Positions 8,674 through 18,883 of a stretch of 64,000 nt of DNA are shown here, in pieces. The stretch comes from a virus. Under the pieces are notes generated by a model. The model made no database searches. It was not told the DNA's origin and saw only the letters and a program-made list of their open reading frames with translations. Numbering within the stretch: position 1 is the first letter of the stretch; the number at the start of each line of letters is the position of its first letter. The DNA is taken from IMG/VR virus record IMGVR_UViG_3300014202_000536. One strand, 5' to 3'. The position numbers and the translations under genes are program-made.

Positions 8674-10506
8674 TCAGTGACTCGTCGCATACACCTTCCT
8701 CCGCTGATATTGATCCTTGACCTTCTCCCACTCTTGAACTGCGCCCCAATTTTCCCTTGACGCTTTCACATCCACCTCTAATGGAATTGATAGCGTTACA
8801 TGATCTTCCATCGCGTCCTTAATTTCTTTCACGATCAATGGCACTGGCTCTTTCTCACTAACTTCAAAGAGCAACTCATCGTGCACATTCATCGACATGT
8901 TTACATCCATGCCTTTTTTCGTAATCATCCGATCACATCTGATCATCGCTGTTTTGACCACATACGCCTCTGTACCTTGAATGAGAACGTTTGGTCCTTT
9001 ATATGCAAGCTCTTGTGGCACCTTATACTCACGATGAAAATCCATGAGTGGCGACTCAAACTTCAACTCCAACTTCCCTTCATTGTACAAGCGTGATGTA
9101 CATTCCTTATTGAACTCTTTCACTGGTACAATCGAATAGTATTTATCAAGAATGGCGCGTGCATCCAACTGCGACATCGACTTCTTTGCTTTACTATTTT
9201 GTAGCGATCGAATCAACTTTGTCAAACCCATGCCAAAGACAATACCAAACTGAATGTTCTTCGTATCCTTCCTTAATTCTTTCTCAACTTGCCCAAACAA
9301 CAACTGACATGCGGCATCATGAGGATCCCAGCCATCTTTTACTTTCTTGATAAGCTCTTTGGCTTTTGCGTAGTGGAAGAAGATCCGCATTTGCAAGGCT
9401 TTGTAGTCGACTGCAAGGAAGACATAACCTCGACGAGGTATAAACGCCTGTCGTGCAATTTTTGGCGCATGTGCTGTTCGAGACTCATCAGGCCTTGGTA
9501 TAGTTTGAATAAGCTCTGCAGAAGTACGTCCCGTCCTCGCTCCCGAACTGAACAAGAAAAACACTGCCATCCAATTTTCTTTTGTCGTATAGCGTTTCCA
9601 TAGCGGATCAAAGTACGTGCCTTTCTGCTTCTTCAAAAATCGCCACAACAACAGTCGATTCACAATTGGATACCGATCGTACTGTGCAATGAACTTACTT
9701 TCTGTTGAAATATTGCCACGTTCATTGGTCGGCAATGGGATATTCATCTTATAAAAGATCTTGCCCATTGCTTGTGGACTCAACTTCGGTGGCATCGCGA
9801 TGCTTTCCTTCTTGAGGATCGCTTCGATCTCGCCTTCCACCTTCACAAGCTCTTCCGCATAAATCTTCGATTGCTTCCGACAAAACTTCCGATCAACCAT
9901 CATGCCAGTTTCTTGCATCTTCAGAATGATTGTCGCGACTTTCTTTTCCATCTGATAGATGCGATCAAACTTCTTGATCGGCTCACGAAACATGTACCAC
10001 AACTTCTCAGTGAAAATGGCATCTTCCGTTGCATATGGCTTCATCACAAACTTTGGAATTTGTGAGTAGTCAAACTCAATGCCTTTTTTCTGGGCTTTCT
10101 TTTTGTAAATGCGCTTGTATCGTGTCAGCTTCTTCGCGCCTTGTGTTTCAGCACCAAGATAATGTCGCGCCATTGCCTTCAATCCTTTACGACGAGCAAA
10201 GTTCTCGTCAATTAAGGTGCCAGCAATGAGTGGATCTTCCCACGGTCCACGACAACGAATGCCGAGTGCTTTCACAATATGCGCATCAACAGTATACGGA
10301 AATGCAATTTTGGTAATGGTAGGATCTTCTAGTGGGTCTCGTAGTTTTTCAACCTCTCGTTCTTTGTGGCAGTTGTAGAGATTTGCGTTCAATGCCCAAT
10401 CACATGTTGTGGCAATGAACGGTTTCTTAAAACGATCAAATTCACAGTCAAACGCAACACATTTGTCTGGGTCTATTTCTGCTTGTGAGGGCATATTCTT
10501 CCCCAT
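8674..10506 (-). CDS. polA: Family A DNA polymerase with 3'-5' exonuclease
   Basis: ExoI FDCE, ExoIII YATEDA, RTGR, motif A DYKALQMR, motif B KNIQFGIVFG, motif C VHDE. Confidence 0.9.
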   Translation of the reverse strand: MGKNMPSQAEIDPDKCVAFDCEFDRFKKPFIATTCDWALNANLYNCHKEREVEKLRDPLEDPTITKIAFPYTVDAHIVKALGIRCRGPWEDPLIAGTLIDENFARRKGLKAMARHYLGAETQGAKKLTRYKRIYKKKAQKKGIEFDYSQIPKFVMKPYATEDAIFTEKLWYMFREPIKKFDRIYQMEKKVATIILKMQETGMMVDRKFCRKQSKIYAEELVKVEGEIEAILKKESIAMPPKLSPQAMGKIFYKMNIPLPTNERGNISTESKFIAQYDRYPIVNRLLLWRFLKKQKGTYFDPLWKRYTTKENWMAVFFLFSSGARTGRTSAELIQTIPRPDESRTAHAPKIARQAFIPRRGYVFLAVDYKALQMRIFFHYAKAKELIKKVKDGWDPHDAACQLLFGQVEKELRKDTKNIQFGIVFGMGLTKLIRSLQNSKAKKSMSQLDARAILDKYYSIVPVKEFNKECTSRLYNEGKLELKFESPLMDFHREYKVPQELAYKGPNVLIQGTEAYVVKTAMIRCDRMITKKGMDVNMSMNVHDELLFEVSEKEPVPLIVKEIKDAMEDHVTLSIPLEVDVKASRENWGAVQEWEKVKDQYQRRKVYATSH

Positions 10507-10898
10507 GCAGTTGCAATATTACAATTCATACACAATACCCTAATTCCTTTTCTTGGAAACCCATTATTTATTAGCCACTTATAAAACCTATGGCCTTTAC
10601 CAGATACCTTACGATGAAATTTTCTTACAATTTTTGATGTATGATCAATAGTTAAAAATTCAATTGTTAATTCTCCGCAACACTTACACTTACCTCCGTA
10701 GTTCTTAATAACGATAGACTTAATTGCCATCGAAAATCTTCTATCCCAAATCTTTTTTCCATATTTATTGATAAAATCTTTACGATTATACTCGCCCCAT
10801 ATTTCCTTCATCCTTTCAGAAAACTTCATACTACCACAACGATCACGATCGCTGTCAGTCATGGTAAAGATCATCCATCTTTTCAACGATTTCTTCAA
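10473..10898 (-). CDS. Free-standing HNH endonuclease
   Basis: YGGKCKCCGE..LTIDH..LCMNCN; AT-rich; overlaps polA start. Confidence 0.8.
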   Translation of the reverse strand: MKKSLKRWMIFTMTDSDRDRCGSMKFSERMKEIWGEYNRKDFINKYGKKIWDRRFSMAIKSIVIKNYGGKCKCCGELTIEFLTIDHTSKIVRKFHRKVSGKGHRFYKWLINNGFPRKGIRVLCMNCNIATAWGRICPHKQK

Positions 10899-11487
10899 AT
10901 TCAGATGGCGTAATAACGTCAGGATTTACTGTCTCTTCTTCTACTAACAGTCTCTCAATCACTGCGCATTTCTTCAACTCACTTCGTATTTCGTCCTTCA
11001 TATCTTTCGTTTTTTCCATGTCCATGTCAACTTGTGTGATACCGATCCGATATCCCCAATTGCTCACACTCGACTTTCGCAAATACTCCGAACGCCGAAA
11101 ATCTTCGTACGGCATAATGTAATAAATGTCACGCACACCAATCTGTAAGAGCAACTTGAAACACTCACAACATGGTTGATGCGTCGAATAACATTCGATA
11201 AAGCCATTGTCATGCGAACCACGAACCATGCATTTTAATATCGCATTGACTTCTGCATGTACAGTGCGAATGCATGTCTCACCATTTTCACCACGATACT
11301 CTGCTGGCACATTAATATGATCAGCTTCATTACAATGCTCATCACCATGAATACTGCCAACATAGCCAATGCCAACGATCATTTTCTTATGGACAAGCAC
11401 ACAGCCAACATTCGCCTTACATGTTGACGCCTTCGCAACTTCACGCGCAACCCGTAACCAATAGTGCGGTGTAATGAGTTTATTCAT
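10855..11487 (-). CDS. dCMP deaminase
   Basis: HAEVNA and PCCEC Zn motifs; VGCVLV. Confidence 0.9.
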   Translation of the reverse strand: MNKLITPHYWLRVAREVAKASTCKANVGCVLVHKKMIVGIGYVGSIHGDEHCNEADHINVPAEYRGENGETCIRTVHAEVNAILKCMVRGSHDNGFIECYSTHQPCCECFKLLLQIGVRDIYYIMPYEDFRRSEYLRKSSVSNWGYRIGITQVDMDMEKTKDMKDEIRSELKKCAVIERLLVEEETVNPDVITPSEFEEIVEKMDDLYHD

Positions 11488-12029
11488 ACTGACTCCTAAA
11501 ATACGTGTTCATTGCCAAGACAATAGCTTCTGCTTGTTCTTTGTTGGGTGGATAGACAGCGCGATCAGTTTCGACAACATTGTAATCTTTGCAATCCACA
11601 ATCCCATCGACATACTCAATACCATCCCAACCTTTCCCATACTGCACTTTCCATGGCAACCGTAACGGATTGTCCATTACTTTTCCTCATTTGCCTTCAG
11701 CACCAAGATGCGTACAATAACCAAGAATGACAAAGCCAACACAGATAAGCCCAAAACCTGGCGATACTAACCAACTGCCAATCATGATACAGATAACTCC
11801 AAAGGCAGCGATTAACTCACGTGCATCCATCATAACATTGTTTTCGCCTCCTCTATTTCGGAAATGTTTACCACATACCTCTTACCAATTTGAAAGTCGG
11901 CTACAGTGCATGCTATCGTTACATCCTGACTACTGTCGGTGCCTTCAACTCCAAGCGTCACAGTAATTTCACCAAATAAACCGTATGGAACAATACGTTT
12001 GCATACTGTTTGCGCGATATAAACATTTC

Positions 12030-13025
12030 TCATATGGCATACTCCATGACAATTTCATTGATGCCATCCACCACATAATCCCATTTCGGTGTTAGCTTCA
12101 AAATATAATCTTTCTGCTCCTCTGCCAATGCCTTGAGTTTTCTCGGTGACATGCGTTCAATAGTTTCAACTGGCGTATAGAGATTACCTGCTGGTTCTCC
12201 CCATTCAATTGGATCTGAATAAATCACGTTCTCACAGAGTATCGCATGACAATATCGCGCTCTCCACCACCCACTGCCTGATGCTTTGTACTTTGGCATG
12301 AGCATTCCATACGATGCCGCATATTTCTCAATAAGCTCAGTTTCTGGAATGAACGTCTTTTTATTGAAGGCGAGCACCGGCCATGTAAGCTGCAGTTTGT
12401 CATGCCACTTTGAGTAGTCTGCCAGTGCGCCATACACCCACTGTTTCTTTTTCCTTGTTGGGATTTCGATTTGCTTCTTCCATTGCTTTAAATAGAAACT
12501 GGTTGGATTGAACTCGTGACATCCTGTAAATGGCGTCCCATCAAAAATAATTCCACGATCACCCCATGCAAAGAACGGTGCCAAGACATTATCACCAAAC
12601 CGAAACATCTTCTTGCGGCATTCCTCCAACTTCTCTACGTACTTGTTCTCAATAAGCTCACGACTTACATGCTTCCCAGTATTATTGCGCACCACAAACT
12701 CTCGAAGTAGATCACCATCTCTTAACAATCTTATCGTTGCGTTGGCCTTCCAATCATTCACATAATACAACACATTGTCATATTGCGTCGCCAACAATGT
12801 TTCATATAATGCCGTACAACTGAACTCACTCATTGTGCCAAGCCCAATAATCAGCAGATCATACTTTTTATCAAGCTTCTTCTCATTGAATTCCAACCGC
12901 CGCCAATCGACTGTATGCTTCGCACCTTGCAATGCATGATACAACGCATTGATCGATGTGTTGTACGTTCGTTTCTTCATTCTGTTCTGCTGCATGTTTG
13001 TCATGCCCGTCAACAATATTCTCAT
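12030..13025 (-). CDS. GT-B DNA glycosyltransferase, T4 beta-glucosyltransferase-like
   Basis: Blocks collinear with recalled T4 BGT: MRILLTGM, YDLLII, LYYVND, PTRKK..VYG, IP..LIEK, C-terminal LAEEQ..IL; next to TS-like genes. Confidence 0.6.
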   Translation of the reverse strand: MRILLTGMTNMQQNRMKKRTYNTSINALYHALQGAKHTVDWRRLEFNEKKLDKKYDLLIIGLGTMSEFSCTALYETLLATQYDNVLYYVNDWKANATIRLLRDGDLLREFVVRNNTGKHVSRELIENKYVEKLEECRKKMFRFGDNVLAPFFAWGDRGIIFDGTPFTGCHEFNPTSFYLKQWKKQIEIPTRKKKQWVYGALADYSKWHDKLQLTWPVLAFNKKTFIPETELIEKYAASYGMLMPKYKASGSGWWRARYCHAILCENVIYSDPIEWGEPAGNLYTPVETIERMSPRKLKALAEEQKDYILKLTPKWDYVVDGINEIVMEYAI

Positions 13026-13237
13026 TGATCTACCCTCTCATCATTCCTCATCTTCGCTATAGCTAATGATTCTGACTTTTTCATGACCAATATCCTCAAC
13101 ATCACAGACACTCACACGTGTATCGCCAAATCCAACTAACATCCAATCAAGTTCTTGTGACTCATCCAAATGTTGATCAAGCTGCGTGACAGCTTTCTTG
13201 ACATCTCCCCATGTATGAATCACCAAATCCTTTAATA

Positions 13238-13825
13238 TCACTTCCCCTTTAAAAGCTTTTTGAGGTCTTCTTTCTGCCATTGTGTCTCCATTGAAAAGTC
13301 AGTGATCTGCCCTGATTTTAACCCTCTCAATATCGCATTCTCATTGAGCCACAATGATAAAAACACCATGTTCCCAATCATCCGTCGACAGAGATCCCTC
13401 TTTCGAAAGATCGCGACCATGTCCAAATATTTCTCCCTCCTCTTAAACTTGACCATCACAAGACATGGATTATGTTCGCCAAAGTTATCACCAATCAATG
13501 TTGGATCCCACAAACAGATCAGCTTATTTGGTCGTCGTTGGTGCTCATCGAACTGATCATAGCCAAAATACTTCATGGCACGGTTCGCATAGGCAAAGTC
13601 ACGTGTCTTACCACGATTTCCATGCTTCCGCAATTTTGGTTGCGTGTATGATCGTTGCGTATCATCATAATGCCATGGAAATGCCTTCTTAAAACCCGCG
13701 ACCAAGTCAAGCCCAATTTCATCCGTCTCATATTGCACGACCAGCTCTTCACCTTGGTGTACATTTTCCACCGCATGGCAGAAATGCTCAACCGACTTGA
13801 GTTCTTTGTGCTTCCATACTTCCAT
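13238..13825 (-). CDS. Divergent short thymidylate-synthase-fold protein
   Basis: LWDP, catalytic PC, FRKRD..RMIGN (RSxD...N equivalent). Confidence 0.65.
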   Translation of the reverse strand: MEVWKHKELKSVEHFCHAVENVHQGEELVVQYETDEIGLDLVAGFKKAFPWHYDDTQRSYTQPKLRKHGNRGKTRDFAYANRAMKYFGYDQFDEHQRRPNKLICLWDPTLIGDNFGEHNPCLVMVKFKRREKYLDMVAIFRKRDLCRRMIGNMVFLSLWLNENAILRGLKSGQITDFSMETQWQKEDLKKLLKGK

Positions 13826-13828
13826 CTG

Positions 13829-14737
13829 TTACCTCACCAGTTTATTGCGATGGTTCAAGAATTTCTCATGTAGTATCTTAACATTTGCCATCGACATGTC
13901 GTCCAGCAAAAGAATATGCCCAAGTTCTTCGATCGACAGATTTTCCTTAAACATATCCTTTGCGCGTTGAATGGCTTCTGTTAAACCAATCCGTATGCGA
14001 AGATCGTATCCATGCGGTTCAATGAAAGAATACGGTTGTCCATGCGGTTCGATTGTCCATTGCGCAATTGTCTCTTTATCGGCGGCATATACATGCAATG
14101 ATCCAACGGTATAGAAAATGAAGGTTGGAACGATGTGATCGATACGACCGAAATTGAGTTCGTTTGCGACCATGATCAATAATGCTTGCCAATGAATACT
14201 ATCAATCGAAAAGCCTGTCGCAAAATCAGACGAACGCGATACCATGTGCATGTTTAAAATTGGTGGGCGACACATGAATTGAAGAAACACATTACACGGA
14301 ATATGCGTACGCGTCAATGACGACCCATCATCCTCGTTATAAATTGACGCACACGCTTGTCGTGTAAAAATATCCTTCTTTAATTTCTCAACGAGTGGTA
14401 ATAATTGATTACGCAGCCTCAGCCCGTATGACCCACTCATCGTCACACCATCATCATCTGCATAATGTGAGATTGCCTTATTGTACGATGCAATGCTTGC
14501 CACATCATTCCTCCCAGAAAGTATGTAGCAGAGTTCTGCGAGTACAAAACGAATTGGTGTGACGCGATGTCGCGTATGCGAAAAGACTGTGACACTCGAT
14601 CTACTCACCTCGATCGTCGCAGTATGTGCCTCACATTCTTTCCACATCTGCATTCCACGACATGAAAATGTGACGTCTGGTGACTCCATCAACGTATCAA
14701 ACGTCTTTAAATATAACGCTGCGAAATTCAACGACAT
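13829..14737 (-). CDS. Thymidylate-synthase-family enzyme, dCMP hydroxymethylase-like
   Basis: AEL.YILSG, YG.R, TRQA, IPCN, RSSDFATGFSID (Asp at specificity site), SLHVY. Confidence 0.75.
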   Translation of the reverse strand: MSLNFAALYLKTFDTLMESPDVTFSCRGMQMWKECEAHTATIEVSRSSVTVFSHTRHRVTPIRFVLAELCYILSGRNDVASIASYNKAISHYADDDGVTMSGSYGLRLRNQLLPLVEKLKKDIFTRQACASIYNEDDGSSLTRTHIPCNVFLQFMCRPPILNMHMVSRSSDFATGFSIDSIHWQALLIMVANELNFGRIDHIVPTFIFYTVGSLHVYAADKETIAQWTIEPHGQPYSFIEPHGYDLRIRIGLTEAIQRAKDMFKENLSIEELGHILLLDDMSMANVKILHEKFLNHRNKLVR

Positions 14738-15927
14738 GCATCCACCACCTTTCTGAAATCAGTAATAAAATTATCACCAGTGCCTGTTCGTAAGTAATAC
14801 GCGGGATGATACATCATCTTGTGCTCGATCCGAAGTTTTGCCAACTCAGCTGCCGCGACCTTTCCCAATGCAATGACCCCAGCTTCTGGATTCTTTTTTA
14901 CCACACCTTCAAGCTCTGCCTTGAGTTGTCGCGTACATGTCAACGCTTGCACATCGCCATACTCATGCACCTTATTATCTTTCGGACAACATTTTACGAC
15001 GTTCGTCATGTAATAGCGCGTTGGAAAAATCCCACAACTATCCAAGGCTTCTTGTAGCAAATTTCCAGACATATCCCCAAAGAACGGAATACCAAGCTTC
15101 CCACAGCCTTTATGTCCAGGTGCTTCACCAACGAAAATGAAATCCACGTTTCGAATGGCGCCACACGCAGACGTTGGTACTCCATAGTCTTGTCCATACT
15201 CACTATGCTTCCGATGATCACGCCCAATCATACACGTTTTATTGTCGAACGCATTGCACTCATACGGCCGTCTCACAAACCCGACTTCCGGTTTCCATAA
15301 CATGCTCTTCGCATTAAAAAATGTTTGTGAGTAATCCTCTGCCATGTCATACCGATACCGTTTCAACTTCAACCACGCCTGCACGCGACGCGTGATATAA
15401 TTGTTCCGATCATTGAACGTTTCATAATTCACACAATTCACAAACAACGTATTCTTTAAGCGAAGATTCGTGGCGACATTCACAAATGCTCGTGCAACGT
15501 TCATCGCTTCCGTTTGCTTCTTATAGATCATGTCTTCATCACGTTTTGGCTTGATCTTCAACCGTTGAAAGATCTCACCATCAGTATACAACACCACGAA
15601 AAAGATTTGTCGTGCGCGTTTACGTAACTCATAGGATAATTCAACATGATATTCCGTGTGATTGTAACGACCAGTCCGATACATTGGCCCGTAGACTTCT
15701 TCACCGATCACCGATCGATCCCAAATCTCAATGTCACGCCCATCGTCAATACCATACACTTCCGCCTTCAGCGTGCGCAATTGCTCCTTCAATGCCAACC
15801 GACCTTTACTTTCCGGCGGCCCAAAATGACGCACGATCACTGGTGATGTAATCTGTTCGTGGAGATGATCTGCAAGGTAGGATTTACCGATGTTGTCTGG
15901 ACCTTCGAGGATGATCACCCGTTTCAT
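14728..15927 (-). CDS. dNMP kinase fused to family-4-like uracil-DNA glycosylase
   Basis: EGPDNIGKS and DRS kinase motifs; VGEAPG, PF, TNVVKC, HPAY UDG motifs. Confidence 0.8.
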   Translation of the reverse strand: MKRVIILEGPDNIGKSYLADHLHEQITSPVIVRHFGPPESKGRLALKEQLRTLKAEVYGIDDGRDIEIWDRSVIGEEVYGPMYRTGRYNHTEYHVELSYELRKRARQIFFVVLYTDGEIFQRLKIKPKRDEDMIYKKQTEAMNVARAFVNVATNLRLKNTLFVNCVNYETFNDRNNYITRRVQAWLKLKRYRYDMAEDYSQTFFNAKSMLWKPEVGFVRRPYECNAFDNKTCMIGRDHRKHSEYGQDYGVPTSACGAIRNVDFIFVGEAPGHKGCGKLGIPFFGDMSGNLLQEALDSCGIFPTRYYMTNVVKCCPKDNKVHEYGDVQALTCTRQLKAELEGVVKKNPEAGVIALGKVAAAELAKLRIEHKMMYHPAYYLRTGTGDNFITDFRKVVDACR

Positions 15928-15970
15928 GCTGGCTCCCTCAATACAACGAACTAAAGAAGTTTGACGATCC

Positions 15971-15981
15971 TATTATATCAT
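15971..15981 (-). promoter_or_regulatory. Extended -10 promoter for the nucleotide-modification operon
   Basis: ATGATATAATA with TTGACG further upstream, in the intergenic gap before 15927. Confidence 0.55.
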
Positions 15982-16038
15982 GCTTTTGGACACAAATCGT
16001 CAATAAATGATCAATTTTTTATTGATGATTTACAGGTG

Positions 16039-16476
16039 TTACTTACGCACGGTTTGAACGATCGTGGCAAGTTCATCTGGCGAGACTGCATGCATAGACA
16101 CAAGCTCACGTGCAATATACCATAATGCTTTCTTGAGATCCTCCTTTGGCGACGCCTTATGTCGGTGTCTCCCAATGTATTTCACGGCATTGCCATCGTT
16201 AAATCCCAACTGCCAATCCTCAATGACATCAATGACCTCGAACTTCCCAGTATTATAATGCTGCGGATGTTTCACAGCTTCTTTCGGTTGTATGATTCTT
16301 GCTTCTTGCGACTTCGCCCAATCAATCTTCTCATCTAATGGATTTGCCATTGTCCTTGCCTCTCCTTTCATTGATACTTTCCCACTACCGTCACAATATA
16401 TACACGCTTTAGGCAGTTTATAGCCAACACGCTGTATCCCATGACCATTACAGTTTATACATACCTTTTGGCCCAT
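16039..16476 (-). CDS. DUF3310 (T7 gp1.7-like) protein with N-terminal CxxCxGxG zinc finger
   Basis: HPQHY..EVID..GNAVKY..EDLKKALWY; two CxxCxGxG repeats; second SD before internal MANP. Confidence 0.7.
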   Translation of the reverse strand: MGQKVCINCNGHGIQRVGYKLPKACIYCDGSGKVSMKGEARTMANPLDEKIDWAKSQEARIIQPKEAVKHPQHYNTGKFEVIDVIEDWQLGFNDGNAVKYIGRHRHKASPKEDLKKALWYIARELVSMHAVSPDELATIVQTVRK

Positions 16477-16730
16477 GTCAAACTCCTTACATACAATACT
16501 TTGTTGGGAGCAACGGACCATAGAATTTACCACGACACTCTGACACCGACATTTCATGCCCAAAGAACTTCTTCACTCGCTGACAATGGCCAGTCACGAA
16601 CACTGGTTCCCATCGACCTCCTGGTAACTGATACCAATAGAGTCCATCGAGATTTGGACGACTTCTCTTTTCACCGTCTGGAATTGGAACACCGATCAAC
16701 TCTTCCATTGTCTATACACTCTCCTTTCGA

Positions 16731-17543
16731 TTACACTTTCTTATATTTTGGCTGCCAATATCCATTGACAAGGTCAAAGTCGCCAAAGAATAATGGCTCT
16801 GCTTGAATCATTGCCTCTAACATTAACGATGCCACTAACAGGATTTCCTCTTCCGCGGCTGGCGCACATCGCATTGTAAAGATATGCCGTAATGCGCGAA
16901 TGTTCCCTGTCCAGATACCTCCCGTTGCCACGCCCATTGGCACGATCCGACGAAACATCGACGTCAAATGTTTCTTCTCTTTGAATGACGATGTCGGTGC
17001 CAATTCATCTGCCCATAATTCTTCCAGCAACTTATACGATTGCTCAACCTTTCCAATGACGTCCTTGAACACCTCCCATGTAATGCGCTTCCGTTCTTTC
17101 ACTGGCTCAGTATCTGTCTCATTCTCGCGTAATGATGTTGGCCGCCAAAATGGGATGTCCGTAAAGCGAATGAAGCGCATACTGCCTTCACTAATGGCCA
17201 TGCCAGCTCGATGCCGATTCATTTCACCGGTAAACACACGCGACACGCCTTCAATTGCAAACGTATAGTTGGCATGCTCAAGCACAGAGCCATGTCCAAC
17301 TTTCAAAATGTTATCAATGAACTCAGCCATGTCTTTTCGAACACGTTCAATGTTCGGATTCAGTCCTGGCTGAAATGACATGTAACAACGTTTCCCAGCC
17401 AACTGCACCAACAATTCTCCTGGTGTTGCAAATTCTTCAATTTCAAATTGATCAGCGCCAATCGCATTCAACCATTTCCTTGTCGCACCACGCCAAACTT
17501 GTGGTTTACTTATCAAAAATACCTCTGGCTCAACTTCCCTCAT
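16731..17543 (-). CDS. thyX: Flavin-dependent thymidylate synthase
   Basis: GHGSVLEH and RHRxxxxxxxSxR motifs. Confidence 0.92.
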   Translation of the reverse strand: MREVEPEVFLISKPQVWRGATRKWLNAIGADQFEIEEFATPGELLVQLAGKRCYMSFQPGLNPNIERVRKDMAEFIDNILKVGHGSVLEHANYTFAIEGVSRVFTGEMNRHRAGMAISEGSMRFIRFTDIPFWRPTSLRENETDTEPVKERKRITWEVFKDVIGKVEQSYKLLEELWADELAPTSSFKEKKHLTSMFRRIVPMGVATGGIWTGNIRALRHIFTMRCAPAAEEEILLVASLMLEAMIQAEPLFFGDFDLVNGYWQPKYKKV

Positions 17544-18433
17544 GACACCTCCTACACATTGATCATGATCTTATCAATATCACCTTCTTGCTCTAATTGC
17601 CGTTGCTCGTCTTCGTAATTCACAAGCAACAACAATGTCACCAAAAACAAAAAGACAACGAATCCGCAAAATAGTGCAGTTTGTATAAACCATTTTGCTG
17701 ACATCATTCATCTCCTTCCGGTAACGCGTCAAATTCTTCAGTTTCAATAACATCACATGACATCGCCATGGCCTTTATGCACATGTCCTCTAAAATTCGC
17801 GAGATTGACATATGAAACTCACATATATCATTCGCGTCTTTCACTGTCAACATATTAAAGCCTTGTACGCCAAACTGATTGTACGATGGAACTGATCCTA
17901 ATGAAAACCCAATCTCACTTACATACTCTATTTCCTCTTGCAAAATCTGCTTTCTTTTTGAAATGCGTTTAGCCAATTTTTGCCACCTTGTTATCTTGAG
18001 CTCGTTGCTTAATCTCAATCCATCGTGGCGTCAACTCATATTTCTCTGCGACCCATAACAATGCCATTTCCAATGTCAACCGATCGAGTGACGTCAATGG
18101 CGCCGTTCGTCCAGACTGCACCGCTTTTTCGTAGTAATCCATATACTTACAAAGGAGATGCTCCGCCATTTTCTGCGGCGTATCTGTCTTCATCCGTATT
18201 GCGGCCATAGGTTCCTTTCAGTGGTTACCACTTTTACTACTATACGCAATTTTTGGAAGTGTCTTAAATCGTTCATCGTGCATTTGCTCAACTGCCGATT
18301 CAAGTGTCATGGACAATTGCAACGCATGTTCTGATGTCATGAAATATTCCTTGTCGCCATGTGGATCTTTCAAAACCATGATCACTTGTTCTGCTGTCAC
18401 ACGAATTTCGACTCGATAGCTTCTTTCCATATA

Positions 18434-18883
18434 TCACCCATCCGTTTGATGAAAATTAAGGATGTCGTCAACTAGTTCCTTGAATTCATGCTCGTCATAC
18501 ACGCCTCTTGCCATTACGTACATGGCATCGAACTCACCTCTTGTCATCGGCCCATAAATCCACACTGGCCGATCTCTGCCAGCCATAAAGCCGGCTTCCA
18601 TATGTGCTGATTTTCCAGACGGTAACACGACCACGACCGCATCACATTCCTTGAGTGCAGCCAAATTTAATTTCCCAATCATCTGCACGACATCTGATCG
18701 TAATGCTGTATTTGGCTTCAACAATGTGACGTCAAAATCTCGACGCAATTTTACGCTAAGCGCTTCTGTTACCTCGCCTTTATCGCAAAACACGTAACAA
18801 GATATCCCGGCTTCCCGTAATCGTTGGGCAACCATTCGTATTTTGTCGGCATTATTAAACGACCCAGCCACATAGATTTTCAT
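18434..18883 (-). CDS. Nucleoside 2-deoxyribosyltransferase-like protein
   Basis: KIYVAGS, CDAVVVVLPSGKSAHMEAG. Confidence 0.7.
   Translation of the reverse strand: MKIYVAGSFNNADKIRMVAQRLREAGISCYVFCDKGEVTEALSVKLRRDFDVTLLKPNTALRSDVVQMIGKLNLAALKECDAVVVVLPSGKSAHMEAGFMAGRDRPVWIYGPMTRGEFDAMYVMARGVYDEHEFKELVDDILNFHQTDG

Noticed and set aside
10473..10898. Group I intron or intein splitting polA
   Set aside because: polA is intact from ExoI onward, dCMP deaminase is complete, and there is no flanking non-coding intron core
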